Shown one piece after another: positions 37,040 through 48,294 of a stretch of DNA of 63,756 nt. Source of the DNA: Octopus bimaculoides (taxonomy: Eukaryota); the NCBI RefSeq assembly GCF_001194135.2, contig NC_068990.1:33131219-33194974 (forward strand), written 5' to 3'. The position numbers and the translations under genes were made by a program. Positions within the stretch are counted from its first letter, which is position 1, and each line of letters begins with the position of its first letter. The notes beneath the pieces were generated by a model. The model saw only the letters and a list, made by a program, of their open reading frames with translations, had not been told where the DNA came from and made no database searches.

Positions 37040-37651
37040 CTGTTGGAAAAGCTTCCGTCATTGGTCCTTACTTTTTTGAAGACAGTAATTGCAAATGCTA
37101 TTACTGTGAACTCTGAGCATTACATCAAGATGATAAACAACTTCTTTGTACTTGGATTACAATAAAAACATATGCCTATGCGACATGTGTAGTTTCAGCA
37201 GGATAGGGTGATGGCCCACACAGCCACAACGTCAATGGACATTCTTTGCCTTCTCATCGGTGACTGCCGTATTTCCAGGTTTGCTAACATTCCTTGGCTC
37301 CCTTGGATCCTGATTAGTCCATGTGGGATTATTTCTTGTGAGGAAACCTCAAGGCATGTGTGCATGTGCATAAGCCCCATACATTGGACGATTTGAGGGA
37401 AGCTGTTCACATGGAAGTCACCCAAATTAACAGAGCAATGCTGGAGAGAGTGGGGGCTGACTTCCAAGAATGCCTTCAGAAATGCATTAGTGAAAACAGG
37501 GACCACATGATGGATGTTGTTTCCCACACTTAAATTTTGACAAATGTTAATTCAATACAAACACATTGATGTCAATAAAATTTGCCTGCAGTTAAAATTA
37601 ATGATTTTGTGAATTTTTCAAAAACGTCCGTACCCTCTGCCCCACCCTGTA
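37040..37651 (+). mobile_element. Tc1/mariner transposase 3' half with right TIR, DD41D-like
   Basis: AITVNSEHYIKMINNFF...FQQDRVMAHTATTSMDIL...ISRFANIPW.P.(S)PD.SPC(D)YFL*GNLK...LDDLREAV; ends CACCCTG|TA. About 41 residues between the 2nd and 3rd Asp after correcting a frameshift. Confidence 0.8.
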
Positions 37652-38469
37652 TGTATATGTGTATGTATATGCATANNNNNNNNNNNNNNNNNNNNNNNNN
37701 NNNNNNNNNNNNNNNNNNNNNNNNNNNNNNNNNNNNNNNNNNNNNNNNNNNNNNNNNNNNNNNNNNNNNNNNNNNNNNNNNNNNNNNNNNNNNNNNNNNN
37801 NNNNNNNNNNNNNNNNNNNNNNNNNNNNNNNNNNNNNNNNNNNNNNNNNNNNNNNNNNNNNNNNNNNNNNNNNNNNNNNNNNNNNNNNNNNNNNNNNNNN
37901 NNNNNNNNNNNNNNNNNNNNNNNNNNNNNNNNNNNNNNNNNNNNNNNNNNNNNNNNNNNNNNNNNNNNNNNNNNNNNNNNNNNNNNNNNNNTATATATAT
38001 TCATGCTGAATAAATGTATGCAGTAACCAAACATACCAGTGGTATAATTATACATTTGTATATCAATAAATTTGATCTATACAAGTATTTGTATAACTTT
38101 GTGAGCATCAATGTATGTGGGATCTCTGTATTTTATGCTATTTTTGATTTTTTTATACTTTGCATTTTTGAATAATTGGTGTTTTATGCAGCAGAGCATG
38201 TCTGCATACACACACATATACTCATGTGTCCATGCATTCATGTATACATTTCCATACATTAGTGACCATAAAAGGGCATGTGAATATTTATGTTCACATA
38301 AAATGTAGCCATAAATGTACATATATGAATGAGTATGGTAAATGGGCATGTACATGTGTGTGTGTGAGTGTGCATGAGTGGGTGTACATGCATGTGTGAA
38401 AGAGAGAGAGAGAGGGTGAGTAATACATATATATATATTTACATATATACGCACACATACGCATTTATA

Positions 38470-38520
<51 letters not shown>

Positions 38521-38729
38521 TCACACACTCTCAAACACACATATACACAGATATATACTTATATATTATATAAGTACATAAATATTTGTATGTTTAAGTT
38601 TACATATATATTCTAATGACATCATTAAATTCAGCAACATACATGCATATAAACATTAATACATACATACATGCACAAACATACACACACACATATATAT
38701 ACACATACATAAACACATAAATATACACA

Positions 38730-38812
38730 CATCATCATTTAACATCTGTTTTCCATGCTGGCATGGGTTAAATGGTTTGACTGGAGATGTTAAGCCAGTG
38801 ACCTGCACCAAA
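38730..38812 (-). mobile_element. SINE family B 3' fragment
   Basis: CATCATCATTTAACATCTGTTTTCCATGCTGGCATGGG. Confidence 0.7.
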
Positions 38813-38850
38813 TATATATATATATATATATATAGTTACAGATAGTTATA

Positions 38851-39240
38851 TGCAGGAAGACTGTGTGGTAAGAAGCGTGCTTCCCAACTACATGGTTCTG
38901 GGTTCAGCCCCACTGTGTGACACCTTCGGCAAGAAGTGTCTTCTATTATAGCCCTGGGCCAACCGCAGTGTTGTGAGTGAAGTTGGTAGATGGAAACTGA
39001 AAGAAGTCCTTCGCACATGTGTGTACCTTTGGGTTTCCTTGTCTTGATATTGCATAATAGATGTCATTTAAACAATGTTATTTATTTCTAATATCTTGTG
39101 AGGACATGTCTGGCTGTATTACTTCATTTGGAAAAGAAGTGTGGGTTGGCAACAGGATGGGCATTTGGCCATAGAAAACTTTCCTGAATAATCTCTGTCT
39201 GACCCATACAAGTGTGGAAAAATGGGTATTAAAATGATTA
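38851..39240 (+). mobile_element. SINE family A head joined to tail-2
   Basis: Family A head continues into the tail seen at 9860-10110 instead of tail-1. Confidence 0.75.
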
Positions 39241-39269
39241 TTTTATATATCTATTTCTCTCTCTCTCTC

Positions 39270-39310
<41 letters not shown>

Positions 39311-39317
39311 TCTTATA

Positions 39318-39482
39318 TTGTTTTACTTATTTTAGTCATTTGACTGTGGCCATGCTGGAGTACTGCCTTTAGTCAAACAAATCGACCCCAAAACTTATTA
39401 TTTGTAAGCCTAGTACTTGTTTTATTGGTCACTTTTGCTGAACTGCTAAGTTACAGGAATGTAAACACACCAACATCGGTTG
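39318..39482 (-). mobile_element. SINE family A tail-1, truncated at mariner junction
   Basis: Matches the reverse complement of 9670-9835. Confidence 0.8.
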
Positions 39483-40136
39483 CAAAGTTGCAGAAAGTGT
39501 ATGGAGAGGAGAGTATGAGCTGCACACAAGTGTACAAGTGTACAGATATTTCAAAGATGGCTGATAAAATGTCAATATTAACGAACATTCTGGAAGACTC
39601 ACAACCAGCAGAACTGAGAAAAACATTGAAGATGTAAGTGCAGCTGTGAGGGGTGGGCGTTGTCAAATCACCGTCCATAAGTTATCAGAGGATGTGCAGA
39701 TTAGTTACGATTGAGTTCAGTCTGTTATCAATGAGGATTTGAGTATGAGACATGTTTCTGCCAAGTTTGTGCCAAAACTGATTTCAGCTGACCAAAATGA
39801 CACTCTGGTTTCAGTTGCACAAGATCTCCTTGATTGTGTCAAGAACAATGAAAATTTTTTGAAATCTTTGTGCAGGCCTCTGAGTAGATATCACCAAGCT
39901 TTTGACGAAATCTGATGCAGATTCTCTACTCAACTTTGTCTGTCATGGTCAATGTGATGATCACATTCTACACACATTCCTTCCAAGCACTGCTGTAAAC
40001 AGCGGATGAGAGATAGAACTTTAAAACTTAGTGCGCATACACAATTTATGGTCAATCTGTGCCAAGCAGCTTCACTCTGTGCTTTAGCTTCGTTACTGTG
40101 GCAACAGTTCGGATACTTATTGATCAAATCACATAT
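39483..40136 (+). mobile_element. Mariner-derived internally deleted element (HTH region + right TIR)
   Basis: KLQKVYGEESMSCTQVYK...SMRHVSAKFVPKLISADQNDTLVSVAQDLLDCVKNNENFL (mariner HTH and linker region); ends ...GGATACTTATTGATCAAATCACA|TA. Confidence 0.8.
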
Positions 40137-40792
40137 ATACATGCATACATGTACATATGGTATATAAGCAGATATATGTCTATATATGTGTGTGTGTGTG
40201 TGTGTTTTTATATATATATATACATACATATATATATATGTGTGTGTGTGTGTTTATCCATGTGCATGTATTTATTCTTATATATGCATACACACATATA
40301 TACATACATACACATACACACTCACACATGTGCATATGTTGATGGAATATTTTCCGCATGCAAATAATGTACAAGTCATGGCAACATTAGAGATGACAGA
40401 CTTTGAGCAGTTTTGCAGTCATCCCAGTAATTAAAGCCTACCATTCAATTCATTATGCTTCATTTTTATATTTGTGATGGACTCCTGGGACCATACTAGG
40501 TAGCAGCACTCAAGGTGTGAAGAAGAAAATATAGAGAACAGAAAGATGATGGTATCAAGATCTCTATAGTGGAGAGTTCAAAGGATCCATCAGCATATTC
40601 TGCAGGCCAATTGACTTTTTATTATTGATGTGTGTATTAAAGCTGAGGTTGTCCATAATTACACCAAACTTTTTGATATTTTATGATGCTATGATAAACT
40701 CTTCCAAAGGAAGACAGTTTGGCTGTTTAAGTATATTCCGTTCTCCAAATTGGATAAAGTTACATATTTTTCCTTGTTGAGCAGCTGATAGT

Positions 40793-41010
40793 GAGGGGGT
40801 GCTAAAGAGTTCCAGGCTTTAAGGGTATCATGAAAGGCCTAGTTGGAGGCCCAACCTTCCGAGTTTTTGTACAGGGCTTAGAAAAAAACTGAAGGACCAT
40901 TGCAATAAGTGTGTGAATCTGAGAAGGAAATATTTTGAATAAAATCTTAATTGACTGATCCTCCTCTATTTTCTTTCACCCAAAGCCAGGAACTTTTCAG
41001 CACCCCCCTG
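40793..41010. mobile_element. Mariner-type MITE
   Basis: Left GAGGGGGTGCTAAAGAGTTCCAGGCTTT versus right AAAGCCAGGAACTTTTCAGCACCCCCCTG|TA (~28-bp TIR). Confidence 0.8.
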
Positions 41011-41059
41011 TATTTCTTTTTTGTCACCAATAAATTTACACCCCATTGATCAGACTGGA

Positions 41060-42170
41060 GATCTTTCAAGTCACAAATAACATTCTAGAGTTTAGGATTA
41101 TCAGAAAAATGTTTGCTATGTTTTGCTATGTTTAATGACATTTGCAATGTCATTTGTGTACATGATAAACAGCTGTGAGCCCAAAATAATAACCTGAAGG
41201 ACACCACTGATGACTTTTGCTAGTCTTGAATAATTTTGTCAGTCCCAACATGTTGGTTTCTGTTTGTCAGGAAACATTTACTCCACTGCAGTAGCATTCA
41301 ATGGATTCCTGTATTGGATAATTTTTTCAGCAGAATGCTGTAGTCTTCTCTGTTGAAAGGTTTATTGAAGTTGAGGGAAATGACATCTGTATTGAAATCT
41401 TTTCCCAGAGTATTTAGAATGCCACTAAAATGGTATAGAAACTGTGTTAGGCAGTCTCTACAATCATAAAAACCATATTGAGTCGGTTCTTTGAGATGAT
41501 TGTTTTTCCCTAGAAAAGGCTGTTAGTTTGGATCTTACCTCACCTCCACTGAATACTTTAATGGCATGAAAAGCTAATGAAGTCAGATGGCATTTCACTG
41601 CAAGTGACTTATACTTCTCTTTGAAAAAAGTGGTACAGAAATTATTTAGATATAAGACCTGAGGTCATCAATTTTTTCCAGAGGAGATTTAAGGTGATGT
41701 TTGTACTCCTTCAGGACATTTGCAGGGAATCTGTCAATACCCATGAACTGAATTGAGATAAATTTCATTAATTGTTGTAAGGATGTGTGGAGTATTAAAA
41801 GTTATGTCAGGGATGATATGTTGAGGATTCACTTCATCAATACTACCTAAGTCAACTGTATCAAGATCATTGAGGACAGAACAGTATTGCTTCTGTAGAC
41901 TTTCCACCATATCTTTGACATTGCTGTGAAGAATATTGTGTTCATCAATCAGTGGGCTGATGGGTGAAAAAGTGGTAACAATACAGGGCTTTGGAATTGT
42001 GTCTAATTTTTGCAGCAGCTGAGTCATCCGCAGTGACTCTTGAGTTACTGACAAAAGACCTCAAATAGTTCTTGGGATATCTTTCTAATTCTAGCATTGT
42101 TATTGACCTCAAGAGCAGATACTACTGCTGGAAGTGTTTTACCTGAATGATTTTTGTTTTGTCAATTCTC
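41060..42170 (-). mobile_element. CR1/L2-like LINE RT fragment (decayed)
   Basis: Minus strand: MVESLQKQYCSV...DITF...NSVHG..RFPANVLK...LTSLAF...SGVLQVIILGSQLFIMYTNDI (41161-41210), followed by FSDNPK (cf. FADDSK). Confidence 0.8.
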
Positions 42171-42189
42171 TTTATTTTCCAGAAGAGGA

Positions 42190-42203
42190 TTCTCTCTCTC
42201 TCT

Positions 42204-42284
<81 letters not shown>

Positions 42285-42305
42285 CAGAGAGAGACAGAGA
42301 AAGAG
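42190..42305. repeat. (GA)n microsatellite
   Basis: Directly visible. Confidence 0.95.
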
Positions 42306-42794
42306 CAAGCGAGCTTCTAATTGTTCTTGATTTTACCTATGCGACTAAATGTGTCATCAAATAACTCACACGACTTTTTGATATTTGAAGAAGTATGCAG
42401 ACACACACTGCATAGAATATGAAAAGCCCAACCCAAGCCATATAGGAGCATTGGAGATGTATATGTTTACACTTAGAGACCCTGAAATGCAGAGATATAT
42501 ATATACAATTGCATGTCAAAGCTCCAGTTTACCAATTTATTGATGGCAACACAAAATCCTCTGATGAATGGTTATGAACCTGAAAGCACTTACATTTTAT
42601 GGTTAAACAACAAATCTTAAACCAGAATCAAGACTTCACATCAACAATTATTTGTAAAGATAATGTTTTTGATGTTTTGTTTTCTTGTTATTTTGCATTA
42701 TTTACACACAACTGCATAGTATAAACATGCTGTTTGAGGTACACCTGCACATTGTAGATGTATATATATGTGTATATGTATATACATGTAGGTA

Positions 42795-43408
42795 CAGTAA
42801 TCCCTCGACTATTGTGGGTGCTACGTTCCAAAAGGCCCTGTGATAGGTGACAATCTGCGAAACAGAAACAATGCTGTACCATATATTTTTTTTTGTTACC
42901 TCTGCCTTAGCAAAGGCAGAGGTATTGTTTTCAGTTATGTTTGTTTGTTTGTCCATGGACAAGATGTCTCAAGAATCACTGGAGGGATTCGGATGAAACT
43001 TTCAGAGATGTTTGACCTCATGACTGGCACAAACTGATTAGATTTTGGGATCGATCTGGTACCGGACAAGGATTCTGGATTAATTTTCTAGTTCTTTTAC
43101 TTAATTTTTTGAGAGTGGTTGGGTTTATTTTCAATATTCTCATTTGAGAGAAGTCGAGTTTATTTCAAATATTCTCATTTAAAAAATAATCCCTGGCTAA
43201 TTGTTGAGAGGACGTTGGTGTTGCCTTAGCAGAGGTTTGCGTTCTCTGAATGGTCTTGTTATTTTTATAATTTGTATATGTTTATTTTATTATAAATGCA
43301 AAACAACATCATGGAGGAATCAATGTAAACTTAAATAATAAATCACGATAGGTGAACCGTGATAGATGAATCATGATAGATGAACCACGATATGGTGAGG
43401 GATTGCTG
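42795..43408. mobile_element. pogo/Tigger-like MITE with TA TSD, interrupted by a nested element
   Basis: TA|CAGTAATCCCTC ... GAGGGATTGCTG|TA. Confidence 0.8.
42895..43260 (+). mobile_element. Non-autonomous Helentron-type element (HINE/DINE-like architecture)
   Basis: Perfect 12-bp stem TACCTCTGCCTT-agca-AAGGCAGAGGTA near the 5' end, (GTTT)n, 3' GCAGAGGT complementary to the 5' ACCTCTGC, ends in TT; inserted in a T-rich site. Confidence 0.65.
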
Positions 43409-44239
43409 TATATGCATAATATGAGTTTATATACAAGGACACACCTGTATATCTATCTTTCTGTCTGTCTAACCATCCAATTATTCCTCACATCTCCTGA
43501 TATTACATTTGTTTCTTACTATCCAGAAACATTTCACTTATTAGCCACTCTTCACAAAATTCTGGACACACACTTTCCCTCATCAACACTCTGCCTCAGT
43601 CTCTTCGTTTCTCTTTCTCTTTCGCTCTCTCTCTCTTTCTTTCTTTCTCCCTCTCTTATGTTTCATAATATCTTCTCTTTCATTCTCTATTCTTCACCTG
43701 TCTTTCCTTTCCCCTTTTTTCTTCTCTCTCTTCTTGTCAGTCATTAAGTGAGTGAGATAGATAGATAAACAGATAGATAGACAGACAGAGATAAATAAAA
43801 TGACAGGGAGAGCAAGAGGAATAGGGGAAAGCTATATATGGAATTAGTATGATTGAATAATAAACAAGTGAAGAAATAAATAAATAAATAGATAAATATA
43901 GATAGAGAGATAGATAGATAGATAGAGAGATAGATAGATAAACAGACAGACAGACAAATGGATAGGGAAAGAGATAAGAAGAGAAAGGAAACAGAAAGAC
44001 ATGAGGAAGGTTCATGAAACAGAAATTCCAAACTGTATTTATATAAAAGAAATTTGCTGGAAATATGTAGAAATATATAAAAACAACAAAACTAGTAGAT
44101 TTTCCCTCTTTTATTTCTTGGTTTTTCATTTAGAAGTTTGTTGATGCTTTTTTTTTAGTAAAAACCAAACAAAATAAGTAAATTAGAAATTGAATAAGAA
44201 AAACCCCCAAGATTCTTAAAGTCATGAACATCAGTGTGT

Positions 44240-44269
44240 GAAGGTATGCATGTGTGTGTATATATATAT

Positions 44270-44301
<32 letters not shown>

Positions 44302-44310
44302 GTATATTTA

Positions 44311-44379
<69 letters not shown>

Positions 44380-44960
44380 GAGTTGGTATGTGAAAGCATG
44401 TGGTTATATATATATATATATATATATACATACACATGTACATGCACACTCATATACACACACATACATATGCAAAAAGAAATATTTTTATATGTAAATA
44501 CATACTCATGATTTACTACCTGTTTACTCATTATTTTTCTACATACATATATACACATATATATATATTAGCATTTGTATATATGCATGTGTGTGTCATC
44601 AATAGTCATATACCTGAATATGCATATGAATTTATATATATATATATGTGTGTGAGTGTGTGTGTGTGTGTGTGTGTGTATTTTACATGTGTGCACATTC
44701 ACTTGTACATCAATGTATATATTGAATGATTTATAAGAGTATCTAGAAATGTGAAAACAAACATAAACAAGGTGAAATATATGTGTATATACACGTACAT
44801 ATTTGTATATACATATATATATATATATACACACACACACATACACATATGTACAGACATACCCACACATATGCACATATACAGACATATATATATGAAT
44901 ACAAATAAATACACACACATGTATGTATGTATGTATGTATGTATGCATGCATTTGTATAT
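44240..44960. repeat. (TA)n/(CA)n/(TG)n/(TATG)n compound tracts
   Basis: Directly visible. Confidence 0.9.
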
Positions 44961-45368
44961 ATCAATATACACTGGAGGATAATCAGAAACACAAGAAGTT
45001 ATATAAAATCTTGAACATGTTCATAAGTAAATAATATCATTTAAGCATAGAGGGTCTTGTGTATAGAGACATGTACAAAATACACACACACACATAAGGT
45101 GTATGCAGACAGATGTTTAAGACACATATTTACACCCGAAGAACAAAAAAGTATAATATTCAAGAAATACAAGTAGGTTCCAAGAAAAATATAGACATGT
45201 TAACACAAAGGCCCAAAAAGTTTGCAAAAGCCCACAAAAAAAATATACGGCTGTGGTTTTAAGAATTTTTCTTAAGAGTTTGGTCTCATCTCTACTAAAG
45301 CCTTAGGTTGACCAATTCCTGATGAGTGTAGAGTTTGGTAGACAGAATCTAGTAAGAAGAAGCCTGTG

Positions 45369-45400
<32 letters not shown>

Positions 45401-45404
<4 letters not shown>

Positions 45405-46006
45405 GGGAAGTTAGAAATTATCTGCATTGTTGTCATAACATATCTTTATTATTATTACACTATCTTCTGCACATGTGTGTTTATAGTTGGTACTATTGTG
45501 GTCACACGATTGAAGTTTGAGCCTGATTGTGCCATTTTTCTTTCTGGCTTTACAGTGTTAGCATGGCCACTCCACTAGCAATGTCCACCAAAGAGCTAAG
45601 AGTAATGATCTCTCGAGCTTGCTGAATCTTCTCATCGGTGGTGGAGGTTGATGGGCATCCTGATTGTCCGGCCACTTTTAAATTTCTCAATCCACTCATA
45701 CACACTTCTATGTAGTAGTGCACTGTCCCCATATTGTGCTAAGAGCCTCTGATGAACTTCAGCACCTGACACACTTTCCAACCAGAGAAATCAGATCACT
45801 GCTCTTCGTTCCTTTTTGGTGCATATTGCTAGGGAAGCGACCATGCTTACACTGTAATGCCTGAAAGAAAAATGGTGTGAACAGGCTTAAACTTCGATCA
45901 TATGACCACAATAGTACCAACTATAATCATACATGCACAGAAGGCAGTGTGATAATAATAAAGATATGTTGTGGTGAAAGTGTGGATAGTTTTTGACTTC
46001 CCCTCA
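45401..46006 (-). mobile_element. Non-autonomous mariner with ~125-bp inverted ends and N-terminal HTH remnant
   Basis: TA|TGAGGGGAAG...CTTCCCCTCA|TA; arms 45401-45525 and 45882-46006. Minus strand reads MVASLAICTK.EQRAVI*FLWLESVSGAEVHQRLLAQYGDSALLHRSVYEWIEKFK. Confidence 0.85.
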
Positions 46007-46814
46007 TATATGAATTTAACTGCCTTCTTATCAAAATTTTTATTTTCTTCAGATATTGTACTTGTTATTTAACCTTTGCAGACTTTTCACTGGTGTTATC
46101 ATTTTACACTCCATTATCATTAGTATTTATAGTAATTTATAATTTTCCCAACAGTGTTTTTTCTTAAATACCAAATACTTCTTATCTTTCTTCTCCTCTC
46201 ATGCATGCCCACCACCTCTTCGTCTGCTCCATGCCTTCTCACACACAATGAAATTACACCTAGACCCCTCTACCCCATTCCACACTCCTACTACAACTCC
46301 ACACATGCAGATCTCCAGACACCTCTTAAAAAGCCACATGCACCTTAGACCACCACACACACTCCCCCATCTCTGTATGTGATTACTATTTTCTACATGC
46401 ATCACGTGCCTACTCCTCTCTCTTCTACTATAGAACTACATTCTCATATGGCCCCTAACTCCTTTTTTTAATACTTTCCAGCCATTATTTTTTGTACATT
46501 TTATTTTGCAACCATTTTTTTCTCATTCTTTTATTTTCTCTTTTCTAGTTTGCTTTTGGTTAAGAACTAGCATCCAAAATGTCAAGATTATTTCTCTTCT
46601 TTTTTAAGTGTTAAATGAACATAACATTTTTAAAAAAAACTAGTCCCTCCCATGATGTCTTCTTCTTGTATTCATTGTCTTCTTAATGTGTGTGATTTGT
46701 GTGTGTCTGTGTGAGTCATGCTTTTAGAAACCAAATGAACACACTAAAAACTATACACACACACACACATATATATATATATGTATACACATATACATAT
46801 ATACGATTATGATG

Positions 46815-47178
46815 GGGATGATGGCTGTGTCATAAGATGTTTGCTTGCTAACTACATGGTTCTAGGTTCAGTCTCACTACATGACACCTTGGGCAAGTAT
46901 CTCCCAATATAGCATCAAACCAACCAAAGCCTTGTGCATAGGTTTGGTAGACGAAAACTGAAAGAAGCCCATTGTGTATGTGTGTGTGTGTGTATGCATG
47001 TGTCTGTATTTGTCCCCTGCCATCAGCTTGATGACCAGGGCTGGTGTGTTTATGTCACTGTAACTTAGCAGTTCAGTAAAAGAACTGATAGAATAAATAC
47101 TACGCCAACAAAGAATAAGTCCTGGGGCTGATTTCTTCCACTAAAACCCTTCAAGGCAGTACTCCAGCATGGTCACAG
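46815..47178 (+). mobile_element. SINE family A (tail-1), 3' end cut at LINE junction
   Basis: Colinear with 9455-9812. Confidence 0.8.
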
Positions 47179-47595
47179 ATGGATTTCCTGGTGCAGGCTG
47201 GAACATTACAATAGTCTTGTCCATGCTAACGCTGTGTTCAAATGCCTTGCAAGAAGCAGAAATACGATTCATAAGTATTTGCATGTCATCCACTGTATGA
47301 GTGACTAAGTCACAGTAATCTGCATAAAGGAGGTCACGAATAAGAAACTGGAAAACTTTTGAATTGGCAGCAAATCAGTGCAGATTAAAGAGGTGACCAG
47401 AAGATCGATATCTAATATATATTCCCAGAGAGCTAACCTTAGCAAGAGCATGAGTACAAGCAGCAACAAAATACAAAGAAAATAGAGTTAGGGCAAGGAT
47501 ATCACCCTGCTTGACATCATTCTCTACAGGAATGGGTTCTGCCTTATCACCACCAACACTGACCCAAGCCAATACTGATTCTCTAGCAGTGGTGA
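47176..47595 (-). mobile_element. RTE (BovB-like) LINE RT fragment
   Basis: PIPVENDVKQGDILALTLFSLYF...GIYIRYRSSGHLFNL...IRDLLYADYCDLVTHTVDDMQILMNRISASCKAF...KTIVMFQPAPG. Confidence 0.85.
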
Positions 47596-47718
47596 GAGAC
47601 AACACAAACAAACACAATATATAAACACATATATATATATACATTCATACATACATACATGTATATAAAATTAATATAGACACCATTGTGCAATGTTTTA
47701 CCAAAAAGAAAAACTATA

Positions 47719-47783
47719 TCATTGTCGTTTAACGTCTACTTTCCATGCTAGCATGGGTTGGACGATTTGACTGAGGGCTGGTG
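47719..47783 (-). mobile_element. SINE family B 3' fragment
   Basis: GTCGTTTAACGTCTACTTTCCATGCTAGCATGGGTTGGACG. Confidence 0.8.
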
Positions 47784-47810
47784 GGCTAATTGTCACTAAA
47801 TATGACTAGG

Positions 47811-48033
47811 GTGTTAGAAACACTTACTATACTAGAAAGAAGAGCTAAAATGCTTTAATGCTGTAGTCAAAGCACATAATTGTATACTTATGTGCTGATA
47901 GGGACTATAATCACCTGAAAACACCAAGGGCAATTATAATCCTTGTCAGTACATATGTATACAATTAGGTGCTTTGACTACAACATTAGAATCTTTCAGC
48001 TCTTATTTCTAGCAATGTAGGTGTTTCTCACAC
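47811..48033. repeat. Long imperfect inverted repeat (~100-bp arms, ~21-nt loop)
   Basis: 47811-47911 pairs with 47933-48033 (e.g. TGTAGTCAAAGCAC / GTGCTTTGACTACA). Confidence 0.85.
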
Positions 48034-48054
48034 ACAAGTCATATATATATATAT

Positions 48055-48294
48055 TGCTCACCTATTCTTCTACTTCCTCCCTTTGTTTCTCCCTCTACCA
48101 CTCTCTCTACCGGCATGGTCACATGCTTCCGGTCAATAATCCTTTCCTTCCTTGGCTTTCGCCAAGCAACGCACGCACCACGTTGTCCCTCTCAAGTTCG
48201 TGCCTCATCGCGTTCATACACACATAATTTTTCTCGTCTGGTCGTAAAGCCTTTTCTGTTTGTTTTCCTGTCTTGTTTTTTGTCCGCCACTACA
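48055..48294. mobile_element. Possible LTR-like fragment
   Basis: CpG-containing unique island ending ...GTCCGCCACTACA (TGTAGTGG on minus); no partner end or TSD found. Confidence 0.3.

Noticed and set aside
48016-48294. Complete solo LTR bounded by TGTAG...CTACA
   Set aside because: The left TGTAG lies inside the hairpin arm and the flanks show no TSD.
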